64,000 nt of DNA from an uncultured Rhizobiaceae bacterium. GTDB taxonomy: Bacteria; Pseudomonadota; Alphaproteobacteria; Rhizobiales; Rhizobiaceae. Of the stretch, positions 30,801 to 38,320 are shown in pieces. The position numbers were made by a program, and so were the translations under genes. The notes under the pieces were generated by a model. That model ran no database searches. It had not been told where the DNA came from and saw nothing but the letters and a program-made list of their open reading frames with translations. The DNA is taken from the NCBI GenBank assembly GCA_964502215.1, contig CAZCUN010000007.1:2794-66793 (forward strand), read 5' to 3'. Each line of letters starts with the position of its first letter. The stretch's first letter is position 1.

Positions 30801-31342
30801 ATTCTGTGGCGCGCAATCTATTTAAGCTTATGTCTTACAAAGACGAGTACGAAGTCGCGCGTCTTTACACTAATGGTGAGTTTGAAAAACAGATTGCCGA
30901 TACTTTCGATGGCGATTTTCAGATTAATTATCACCTTGCGCCGCCGTTGATTGGCTTTGGTAAAAAACCAAATGGTCGCCCACGCAAGCGCGTCTTTGGC
31001 TCATGGATGATGAAAGCTTTCAAACTGATTGCAAAGTACAAACACCTGCGCGGCACAAAGATGGATATTTTTGGCTATTCAGCAGAGCGCAAAATGGAGC
31101 GCAAGTTAATTGAGGACTACAAGCAAACCCTCACAGAGTTGCTAGGAAAATTAACTGAGAGCAATCGCCATTTTGCAAGTGCCATTGCACGCGTACCAGA
31201 TGACATTCGTGGTTTTGGTCCTGTAAAAGAAGAAGCATTTAAAAAAGCGCAAGCAAAGCAAAAAGACTTACTAGCTCAGTTTGAAAAGCCCGATGCACAA
31301 AACGAAAACGACAAGCTAACTAAAGCCGAACCTGCTGAATAA
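27827..31342 (+). CDS. indolepyruvate ferredoxin oxidoreductase family protein (fused alpha/beta)
   Basis: 1171 aa. TPP motif …GDGTYFHSG…, ferredoxin-like CEGCGDC…C cluster, and N-terminal …KYTATEGKIFLNGTQALVRLP…. Confidence 0.85.
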   Translation: MGENTPASKIIAAKDISLEDKYTATEGKIFLNGTQALVRLPIVQMRRDREAGLKTGGFISGYRGSPIGAYDFALQQAQKHLDKEGIVFQPGVNEDLAATAVWGTQQIDLTPSAKVDGVSAYWYGKGPGVDRSGDVFKHANSAGTSKIGGVLAFAGDDHTAKSSTVAHQSDHAFMAAMMPMLFPSSVQEFVELGLLGTAMSRYSGLWVGYKVISDTIETTGVVDLAGEKQKFIIPEEFALPENGLNLRWPDGILEQDERLLEHKAYAALAFAKANNVDQLIYDTKKPRFGIIASGKAYENVREALRQLDIDEKTADKIGLRLYKVRMPWPLEPEGIRKFADGLEEVLVIEERREIIENQIKQQLFNWKASVRPRIVGKFDHEDNHILKLNEEMTAGVAVRAIASRLLMLDMPEGIAGRVKQKLAYYEERASIKKNHETPVTRTAHFCSGCPHNTSTKVPEGSRALAGIGCHFMSVWMDRETSTFSHMGGEGASWSGLNHFTDEDHIFANLGDGTYFHSGYMAVRNAVASKANITYKILFNDAVAMTGGQTHDGPLDPPTISKQLKAEGVKEIWLVSEDPQRYSKSDFASGITIRHREHLDEVQKHLRTVKGCTAIIYDQTCAAELRRRRKRGKAVDPDKRAFINPLVCEGCGDCSVQSNCVSIEPLETDFGRKRKINQSSCNKDFSCVEGFCPSFVTVKSGSLKKPKAAELDASNLPKPKTPKLDDVYNIAITGVGGTGVLTIGAILGMAAHVQGKAALMLDMAGLAQKGGAVLSHVRLAPTPDLVTAPQIVTGEADLLLAADTVVASAQSSIALLSSENTNAILNTHLNPVSNFIFDRDYDFREDGVVDTIRQHVRKDMAQVNFNKLAETVCGDAIATNIMMIGYACQMGMIPLPPEAIERAIELNAVAVAANKRAFNWGRKFAHDPKEIEVILEEANPKAKEPDTLEEIINKRAEFLKDYQDEDYAQSYRDFVSKVETAEEKLSKSKDLTNSVARNLFKLMSYKDEYEVARLYTNGEFEKQIADTFDGDFQINYHLAPPLIGFGKKPNGRPRKRVFGSWMMKAFKLIAKYKHLRGTKMDIFGYSAERKMERKLIEDYKQTLTELLGKLTESNRHFASAIARVPDDIRGFGPVKEEAFKKAQAKQKDLLAQFEKPDAQNENDKLTKAEPAE

Positions 31343-31375
31343 AGCACTATTTAAAAAAATCTGACTTGGTGTACG

Positions 31376-31407
31376 AAAACAAAAAACCCAGCACCAAAGT
31401 GCTGGGT
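31376..31407 (-). terminator. rho-independent terminator of the sugar-dehydrogenase gene
   Basis: On the minus strand: ACCCAGCAC-TTTG-GTGCTGGGT followed by TTTTTTGTTTT. Confidence 0.75.
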
Positions 31408-31464
31408 AAAAGAGCCAGAAGCCTGGGGCAAATTAGGCTTCTTAGCTTGGGGCATTTGTAATGC

Positions 31465-32814
31465 TTATGGTGTCCAGTAGTTAAACTGTAGTTTCGCAAT
31501 CTCTTCATCAAACAGACCGCGAAGATCAACAATTGGTGCACCGCGACCAACAACAGAAGCTAGTTTGAAAAGATCAATATCTTCAACAAAGCAATCATGT
31601 TTTGCGGTTACAACAACAGCGTCGTACTGACATTCTTCTTCTAGTGTTTCGATGAACTTAGCACCGCGACCACCTTCAAAGTGACCATCATCAGCAATTG
31701 GATCATATGAGAATACATCTGCACCACGTGTCCAAAGGCTGTCCATTACTGCAAAAGCTTTTGAATTACGGATGTCTGGGCAATTATCTTTAAAAGCACG
31801 ACCAAGAACAAGAACACGCTTACCTTGTAAGTTATGCGCTTCAGGATCAAGCATCTCATGCAATTTGTCAGAAACAAAATGCGCAGTACGTTCATTTACG
31901 GTACGAGCAGATGCAACCATATCCATTGCAAGACCATGACCACGGCCAGCATTAAGAAGGTAAAACGGATCAACTGAAATACAATGTCCGCCTACAAGAC
32001 CTGGGAAATACTTATGGAAATTCCACTTTGAACCTGCTGCTGCAACAACATCTGTTACTTTGATATCCATTGCATCAAATAATTGCATCATCTCATTAAT
32101 AAGAGCGATGTTTACATCACGTTGTGTATTTTCTAGAATTTTAGCAGCTTCTGCAACTTTAATAGATGCAGCCTTAAACAAACCTGCTTTAACAACACGA
32201 GAGTAAAGCTCTGCAAGATAATCTGTAACTTCAGGTGAAGAACCAGAAACAATTTTTGAAATATCGCCAACTCTACGGGCATGATCACCTGGTGAAACAC
32301 GTTCTGGAGAGTAACCTACATAAAAGTCTACACCCTCACGCATACCAGATTCTGCTTCAAGAATAGGAACACACTTGTTTTCAGTTGTGCCTGGGTCAAC
32401 AGTTGATTCATATACAACAATACAACCACGCTTCATATTTTGACCAATTGTCTTACTAGCTGCAAGCACTGGACGATAGTCAGGCTTGTGACCTTGCATG
32501 ACAGGTGTCGGCACACAAACCATCATCACATCAGCTTCATTAAGAACGTTTACATCACAAGAAAACTCCATGTTTTTCTTAGATAGATCTTCGCCCGTAG
32601 TCATTTCTGTTGAATCTTCGCCATTACGAAGTGCTTCAATCTTAGCTTCATCAACATCAAAGCCGATAGTGCGTGCGTCATCTGCAAAGCCTACCATTAA
32701 AGGAAGACCAACATAGCCAAGGCCTAATACTGCAACGATAGATTCTTTTGGATTTGGAAGTGCTACTGTTTCAAGAACTTCAAAGCGATTTGTTTGCGCA
32801 ACTGTTGTGCTCAT
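31465..32814 (-). CDS. nucleotide-sugar 6-dehydrogenase, TviB/WecC/Cap5O (UDP-N-acetylhexosamine) subfamily
   Basis: Rossmann motif VLGLGYVGLPL and catalytic segment LVGGHCISVDPFY, which matches the N-acetylhexosamine branch rather than the Ugd pattern GGSCFPKD. Confidence 0.8.
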   Translation of the reverse strand: MSTTVAQTNRFEVLETVALPNPKESIVAVLGLGYVGLPLMVGFADDARTIGFDVDEAKIEALRNGEDSTEMTTGEDLSKKNMEFSCDVNVLNEADVMMVCVPTPVMQGHKPDYRPVLAASKTIGQNMKRGCIVVYESTVDPGTTENKCVPILEAESGMREGVDFYVGYSPERVSPGDHARRVGDISKIVSGSSPEVTDYLAELYSRVVKAGLFKAASIKVAEAAKILENTQRDVNIALINEMMQLFDAMDIKVTDVVAAAGSKWNFHKYFPGLVGGHCISVDPFYLLNAGRGHGLAMDMVASARTVNERTAHFVSDKLHEMLDPEAHNLQGKRVLVLGRAFKDNCPDIRNSKAFAVMDSLWTRGADVFSYDPIADDGHFEGGRGAKFIETLEEECQYDAVVVTAKHDCFVEDIDLFKLASVVGRGAPIVDLRGLFDEEIAKLQFNYWTP

Positions 32815-33139
32815 TATATATACCCCTGTTTTATACGTCTTCTTATGAGACGCTTTTTATTATTATCTTCGCTTTCTAATGAAGCGTTTATCAACATGTC
32901 TTTGCACGTCTTGAAACCATTTATATCGGACATGTAAAAATATTTAGTTACGGGAAGTGGTTAAAAAAAACTTATATTTTCAGTCGCGTTTTAAGTTTGA
33001 AATAAACCTTTCGTTTACCCTGTTTTCAACAAGCCCAATAGTAACCAACCGTTAACTTTGATTCTTAAGCGCTGTTTTATACCCCCCATATATATTGGTC
33101 GATGGGACGCTAAAATTCGGGGCAAAACCGATTTTAGTC

Positions 33140-34387
33140 ATGCATATAAAAAAGAGAAGACGCATGATTAACTTAAACGGCATAGAATGGCTTTTTGCCA
33201 TACTTGTGCTTATCATATTCACAAACAGGTATCTGTTTGGAAGCATTCTTCGTATGTTGGATAAACGTACGAAGCCTGGTTTCAGCAAAGAACCTGACGT
33301 GTGGCCAACTGTAACGATTGTTACGCCTGTATTTAATGAAGGCGCAACAGTTATTCAGACAGCGGATAGCTTTGCCAAACTGAATTACCCAAAAGATAAA
33401 TTGCAAGTCATCTTTGTAGACGATGTTTCTACAGACGATACTTATGAGCACCTTTTAACAGCCCAACGCAACCACCCATGGATGCGCGTAGATCGTAACC
33501 CGCATAATATGGGTAAACGCCTTGGCATTAAACGTGCCGTTCTAACTGTTGAAACCGATTTAGTGATGTCTGTAGATTCAGATGTAATTGTTGAGCGTGA
33601 CGCAATGCGCAACATGGTTAAACACATGCATACAACAGGTGTTGATGCAGTTGGTGGTTGTGTATTCGTATCAAATGCAGACGAAAACTGGCTTACCCGA
33701 ATGCAGGCTGTTAAGTACTGGGTTGGGTATATGTTTTTGAAAAATATAGAGAATACCTTTGACCATGTAATGTGTTTATCTGGCTGTTTGACCATTTATA
33801 AACGTGAAGCACTGGTAGCAGTGGACGAAGATGTTGCAGACCGTCGTTTCCTTGGTGATGAAGTGAAATATGGTGAAGACCGTTACTTAACACGCAAGCT
33901 TGTCGAAAAAGGTTACAAGACACGTCTAACGTTTGATGCGCAGTGTTATACAAAAGCACCTGCTACTATGGCTAATTATATTTCACAGCAATTGCGCTGG
34001 CGTCGTTCAAACATGATCGACTTGATTACAGCTATTCCGCACATCAATAAGTTTAATACATACGTCTGTATTCATTACATTGCGATGGGCATGTTGCTTC
34101 TATTTTACCCAATGGTTCTATTGGTTGAATTCATGCGCCTTGGCTTCATTATTCCTATGATGTTGCACGGCCTACTAGCAGCTTGTTTCGGCATTGCTTA
34201 CGAACTGAACAAACATAAAGTGCCTGAAATGGCGCGTACAGACGGCATTTGGTTCATGGCGATGGCGCTTATTTTCCCTGTTGTCTACTTAACACTTAAC
34301 CCGTTGGCATTAGCAACACTTGGTACAACTTCTTGGGAAACCCGTGGTGGTGCAAAGAAAAAGATTAAAGCGGTGACAGCAAAATGA
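33140..34387 (+). CDS. processive family-2 glycosyltransferase of the hyaluronan-synthase / NodC / chitin-synthase type
   Basis: FVDDVSTDD, SVDSDV, CLSGCLTIYKR, GEDRYLT and QQLRWRRS motifs. One N-terminal TM segment and several C-terminal ones. The start is uncertain: TTG 33095, ATG 33140 or ATG 33164. Confidence 0.85.
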   Translation: MHIKKRRRMINLNGIEWLFAILVLIIFTNRYLFGSILRMLDKRTKPGFSKEPDVWPTVTIVTPVFNEGATVIQTADSFAKLNYPKDKLQVIFVDDVSTDDTYEHLLTAQRNHPWMRVDRNPHNMGKRLGIKRAVLTVETDLVMSVDSDVIVERDAMRNMVKHMHTTGVDAVGGCVFVSNADENWLTRMQAVKYWVGYMFLKNIENTFDHVMCLSGCLTIYKREALVAVDEDVADRRFLGDEVKYGEDRYLTRKLVEKGYKTRLTFDAQCYTKAPATMANYISQQLRWRRSNMIDLITAIPHINKFNTYVCIHYIAMGMLLLFYPMVLLVEFMRLGFIIPMMLHGLLAACFGIAYELNKHKVPEMARTDGIWFMAMALIFPVVYLTLNPLALATLGTTSWETRGGAKKKIKAVTAK

Positions 34388-36030
34388 TGCCTACATTGCT
34401 GCATACGGGTGAAGCACCAGTAAAGGGAAGTTTACGTTCCCGTATTATGGTCATGGGACCTGCTGCGCATGGTATTGCAGCGGCACTCGTGCGGATGCAA
34501 AGTAATTCTGAAATACATTCTGCAAACACAGCCGCAGAAGCGATAGAAATTCTTAAAACAGGTGATTTTGATCACTTGTTGATTGATAACCGAGCTGATG
34601 GTGCAATGAGTTTAACAATCCCTGCCCTTTCGCGCTTGGATTCTATTAAAAACATTACTGTTCTTGCTGGCGCTCAGTCGAGTCCTTCTATTTCTGCGCT
34701 TCCAGGTGTCGCGTCTGTCATTACAGCGCCTTACAATCCTGTAAAGATTGCAAATTCACTTGATATAGAAATTCGTGATAGCAGAAGCTCTAATCAGCCA
34801 GAGCAGAATAAAGGCCGCCGCGCAGAAGATAAATCTGTAGCTAAAGAAATCCACGGGGAGGTGGAAGATACCAGTGCAGACAAACATGAAGAGGACGAGC
34901 GTCCCCTTGTTTTTAGAATGCTGTCTGCACTGGTTCATTTTATTCCAGGCTTAACGCCCCTACTTTCAATGCTATATAAGAATTTGGCTCTGACCGTTCT
35001 TTCAGCATTATTCATTGCCTTTGTTAGTTACGGCATCATGATTGCTTATTTCTTGACGTCTGGTGACTGGTCTAGCCCATTGCAACTTCAGCGTGGCCAT
35101 GAACTTGTTATTAAAGCAGAACGAGACCTGGGTGAGCTTAAAGTAAAGCGCAATCTTGTAACGCAACAACTTGCAGATGCTGGCAACAAAGCCTCTCGCG
35201 GTCGTTCATCACTTGAGCGTGCTGAAACGCTTGCACAAATCACATATGTTACAATTAATCAGGAAACTGAAAACCGCATAGATCGCCAAGCTCAAGTCAA
35301 AAACGAGATTGGTGCTCTTTACAGCGTACTTAATTCATACGGTTCAGCAAAAAGCCGCCGTGCAGAGCGTAACCGCCTACAAAATGAGTTTAACCGTCGC
35401 GTTATAACCCGTAATCTTTTCCAGCGTTCAATGTTGAACCTTTCTGAGGTCGAAGAAAATATTGTGAACCTGCGCGAGAAAATTTCTACGAAGAAAACAG
35501 AGCTTAAGCTAAACAATCAATCAATTGCATATTTGGCTCAATTAAAAGACCAGCTGTCATCTGATTTGAATAAAATTGCCCTATTCGGCGGTAAAGCAGA
35601 ATTTGTACCCATCGCAAACCAAGTGATTGAAGTGCAACAAGTCCGCACATCAGGCAAAGCTGATATTAGCGAATTTAAAGCAACTGAAAAGACACTGAAC
35701 AACAGTCTTTCTGTATTGGAAAACTCAATTTCAGAACTTCAAAAAACGCCTATGATTAGAGCGCTTGAAGAGCCTGTAAACGTGCTTTTCGTTCCTTATG
35801 ACAATTTAGATGCTTATACAAAAGACGAGCATCTTTATACCTGCGCCATCGCCATTATCTGGTGCAGCGAAGTGGGCACTGTAGGTAGCCCAATCGGCGG
35901 CGAAATCGTAACTACTCATCCATTTTTTGGCAAACCAATCCGTGGCCAGTTCGTTGAAGCGAACCTGACTGAAAAATCAGCAGCACAGAAAGAGATTATC
36001 CATGTTGGACGTCCTCCACTATTCTTCTAG
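34384..36030 (+). CDS. predicted co-polymerase/adaptor: CheY-like pseudo-receiver domain, acidic linker, TM segments, coiled coil and HlyD/MFP-like C-terminal domain
   Basis: ATGA overlap with the GT2 gene. Residues about 20-130 follow the alternating beta/alpha receiver pattern (RIMVMG…AAEAIEILKTGDFDHLLID…ITVLAG…VITAPYNP). Hydrophobic segments lie at about 175-235. A long heptad-rich region is followed by a beta-rich C-terminus. Confidence 0.55.
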   Translation: MMPTLLHTGEAPVKGSLRSRIMVMGPAAHGIAAALVRMQSNSEIHSANTAAEAIEILKTGDFDHLLIDNRADGAMSLTIPALSRLDSIKNITVLAGAQSSPSISALPGVASVITAPYNPVKIANSLDIEIRDSRSSNQPEQNKGRRAEDKSVAKEIHGEVEDTSADKHEEDERPLVFRMLSALVHFIPGLTPLLSMLYKNLALTVLSALFIAFVSYGIMIAYFLTSGDWSSPLQLQRGHELVIKAERDLGELKVKRNLVTQQLADAGNKASRGRSSLERAETLAQITYVTINQETENRIDRQAQVKNEIGALYSVLNSYGSAKSRRAERNRLQNEFNRRVITRNLFQRSMLNLSEVEENIVNLREKISTKKTELKLNNQSIAYLAQLKDQLSSDLNKIALFGGKAEFVPIANQVIEVQQVRTSGKADISEFKATEKTLNNSLSVLENSISELQKTPMIRALEEPVNVLFVPYDNLDAYTKDEHLYTCAIAIIWCSEVGTVGSPIGGEIVTTHPFFGKPIRGQFVEANLTEKSAAQKEIIHVGRPPLFF

Positions 36031-37348
36031 AAAAGCAAAGCCTATCGCATTAGCTTTGACAGCAGTCATGCTTTTAAGCGGCTGTTCTGCATCAACGTTC
36101 GATAACAAAGAGTTTTTCGAACAAGATAACCGTGCGTTTTTTGAAAAGCTGAAAAAAGAGCCAAAACACGAACGTGAAGATGTGACGGATCAAACACCAG
36201 AACAGGATAAATACGAAACGCACGTTAAGAAGGTTGATCCTGATGTTGATACGAAGGTAAATGTTGTAACACGCACACCAGCAATCGATTCTGTAAAAAC
36301 GTTCAGCATTAAGCCAAAAAAATTGTCACGCGTGAATATTAGTGACAGCAGTGCAGCTTGTCGTTACTTACGCAAATCCGCAGATGCAGAAGCCTTTATT
36401 GTGGGTTCCCCTACTCTATCTGCTTCATCTGACGATGATGGTTCTGGCTCTGTAAACCTTGGCATGAACTTACTTGATTTTCATAAGGCAGATTTAATCC
36501 GCGCATCAGGTGACGCAAAATGTCGTCTGCATGAAGCATCAAAGAAAATTGAAGCAACGCTTGGACTTGGCGTAGAAGCAAACCGTTTTGCACGTGCAGA
36601 TGCTAAAGCAAAATACATTCGCCAAAACCTTGGCTTTCTTGAAAGCATAGACAGACGCGCAAAACAACTCTTAAACCAAGGTTCTTTAACCGTTCAAGAT
36701 ACCAACCTTGTTAGCCTTCGTATTGATGAGCTAAAAGCTGAAATGCAGGCTTCTCAAGCCGAGGCTGATCAACGTCGTGGCCTACCTTCACTAGACATCA
36801 ACCAGGTTAGAAGCCGCCATGGTGCATTGGTTGAAGCGACAAATGATCTACAAAACATCGAGCGTGAGATCAGAACAAATGATGCGTTAGAGTTGAGTGT
36901 AAACACAGGCTACCGCTATAATGAAGTGTTTAACGACGCCCTACAACGCAACGATAACGACGGTGCTTTTGCAAGCGTCAGTGTTGGTGTACGCTTAGGT
37001 GCATTATCTGCACAACGTCGCCGTGTAGAAGAAGAAGCAGCAGGCGCACGTCTTGATGCATTATTTGAAGAAAACACAGGCACAATTTGGAAAAGTGGAT
37101 TTTCAGATCGCGCAATCTCAAGAATGGTATCAGATTTGAAAAAATCTGACGCAGAATTAACAGCGGCCCTTACAAAGGCAAATGATACCATTAATCGTCT
37201 TGGTGCAGCAGATCGTCCTGAAATTATGCGTGCACGCCTACAAACAAAACTTGAAAAAGTACGTGTTGGCGCAAACCGCGCAGCGGTTAGAGCTTCCATC
37301 AAGCAGCTTGAAGATAATCAAAGAAAAATTAAAGCACTTTCAAAGTAA
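36002..37348 (+). CDS. lipoprotein, TolC/NodT-like outer-membrane-factor candidate
   Basis: Lipobox …AVMLLSGC|S. Long helical segments flank beta-strand pairs (…LELSVNTGYRYNE…GAFASVSVGVRLG…), as in OMF proteins. 29-nt overlap with the upstream gene. Confidence 0.5.
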   Translation: MLDVLHYSSRKAKPIALALTAVMLLSGCSASTFDNKEFFEQDNRAFFEKLKKEPKHEREDVTDQTPEQDKYETHVKKVDPDVDTKVNVVTRTPAIDSVKTFSIKPKKLSRVNISDSSAACRYLRKSADAEAFIVGSPTLSASSDDDGSGSVNLGMNLLDFHKADLIRASGDAKCRLHEASKKIEATLGLGVEANRFARADAKAKYIRQNLGFLESIDRRAKQLLNQGSLTVQDTNLVSLRIDELKAEMQASQAEADQRRGLPSLDINQVRSRHGALVEATNDLQNIEREIRTNDALELSVNTGYRYNEVFNDALQRNDNDGAFASVSVGVRLGALSAQRRRVEEEAAGARLDALFEENTGTIWKSGFSDRAISRMVSDLKKSDAELTAALTKANDTINRLGAADRPEIMRARLQTKLEKVRVGANRAAVRASIKQLEDNQRKIKALSK

Positions 37349-37362
37349 GAAAACTCAGATAT

Positions 37363-37393
37363 GATTGCCCTTGTATAATATTTAAGGGCAATC
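37363..37393 (+). other. 10-bp perfect-stem hairpin ending at the start codon of the next gene
   Basis: GATTGCCCTT-(11 nt)-AAGGGCAATC immediately followed by the ATG at 37394. The only purine-rich SD-like element (AAGGG) lies in the 3' arm. Confidence 0.5.
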
Positions 37394-37750
37394 ATGCGAA
37401 TAAAAGAAATTATCACAACTGGCATTCTATTAAGTTCTGTTTCTACCTGCTTTGCAGATGAGCAAAAATTAACAGGCGCAGAAATTGAAGCCCTCCTCCC
37501 AACAATAAAAGCAAGTGGCCCTAGCTATACGCAAACCTTTAGTAAAAAAGGTTTGACGACTTACGTTTTTGACGGAAGACCAAGCGAGGGACGCTGGAGC
37601 GTACAAAGCGATCAATACTGCTCGACTTGGCCGCCAAATGATATTGTAGAGTGTTACGATGTTTTAGTGGACAAAACACAACAAACCATCACATGGATTG
37701 GTGCGCGAAATGCCATATCCAAAGGCACTTACAAATTTCTTAAAAACTAG
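37394..37750 (+). CDS. small exported protein, unknown function
   Basis: 118 aa with signal peptide …LLSSVSTCFA|DE. Confidence 0.5.
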   Translation: MRIKEIITTGILLSSVSTCFADEQKLTGAEIEALLPTIKASGPSYTQTFSKKGLTTYVFDGRPSEGRWSVQSDQYCSTWPPNDIVECYDVLVDKTQQTITWIGARNAISKGTYKFLKN

Positions 37751-37859
37751 AATCTTGACTGAAATAAAAAAATTAATTTTCATGTCAAAAACCGTTCAAA
37801 GCCTACCTATATAACATATATGCTAAATTAAACGCCTTGAAGTAATCGGAGACTTTTGC

Positions 37860-38318
37860 ATGCGATTTACAGTAAATGGAAAAACCCACGAAGTTGATGT
37901 TGAAGACGACATGCCCCTGCTTTGGGTATTACGCGATGAACTTGGCATAACAGGCGTTAAATATGGTTGCGGCATTGCTCAATGTGGCGCTTGTACTGTG
38001 CATGTAGATGGTGTTGCGATGCGTTCTTGCCAAATTTCTATTGGGGATCTCGACGGCAAAGTAACAACCATTGAAGGCCTTGGCTCACCAGACAACATGC
38101 ATGCGGTTCAAGCTGCATGGGCGCAACATCAAGTTGCTCAATGTGGGTATTGTCAGTCAGGCCAGATGATGCAAGCAGCCTCTCTATTGGATGAAAACAA
38201 CAACCCAACAGATGAAGATATTGACGATGCTATGAGCGGAAACCTATGCCGCTGTGGTACTTACCCCCGCATTCGTGCCGCCGTTAAAACCGCCTCTAAA
38301 ACAATCAGGAACGCATAG
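37860..38318 (+). CDS. (2Fe-2S)-binding small subunit of a molybdopterin oxidoreductase (IorA-type)
   Basis: …[12 protein letters not shown]… and …CGYCQSG…CRCGTY… motifs. Confidence 0.9.
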   Translation: MRFTVNGKTHEVDVEDDMPLLWVLRDELGITGVKYGCGIAQCGACTVHVDGVAMRSCQISIGDLDGKVTTIEGLGSPDNMHAVQAAWAQHQVAQCGYCQSGQMMQAASLLDENNNPTDEDIDDAMSGNLCRCGTYPRIRAAVKTASKTIRNA

Positions 38319-38320
38319 AC

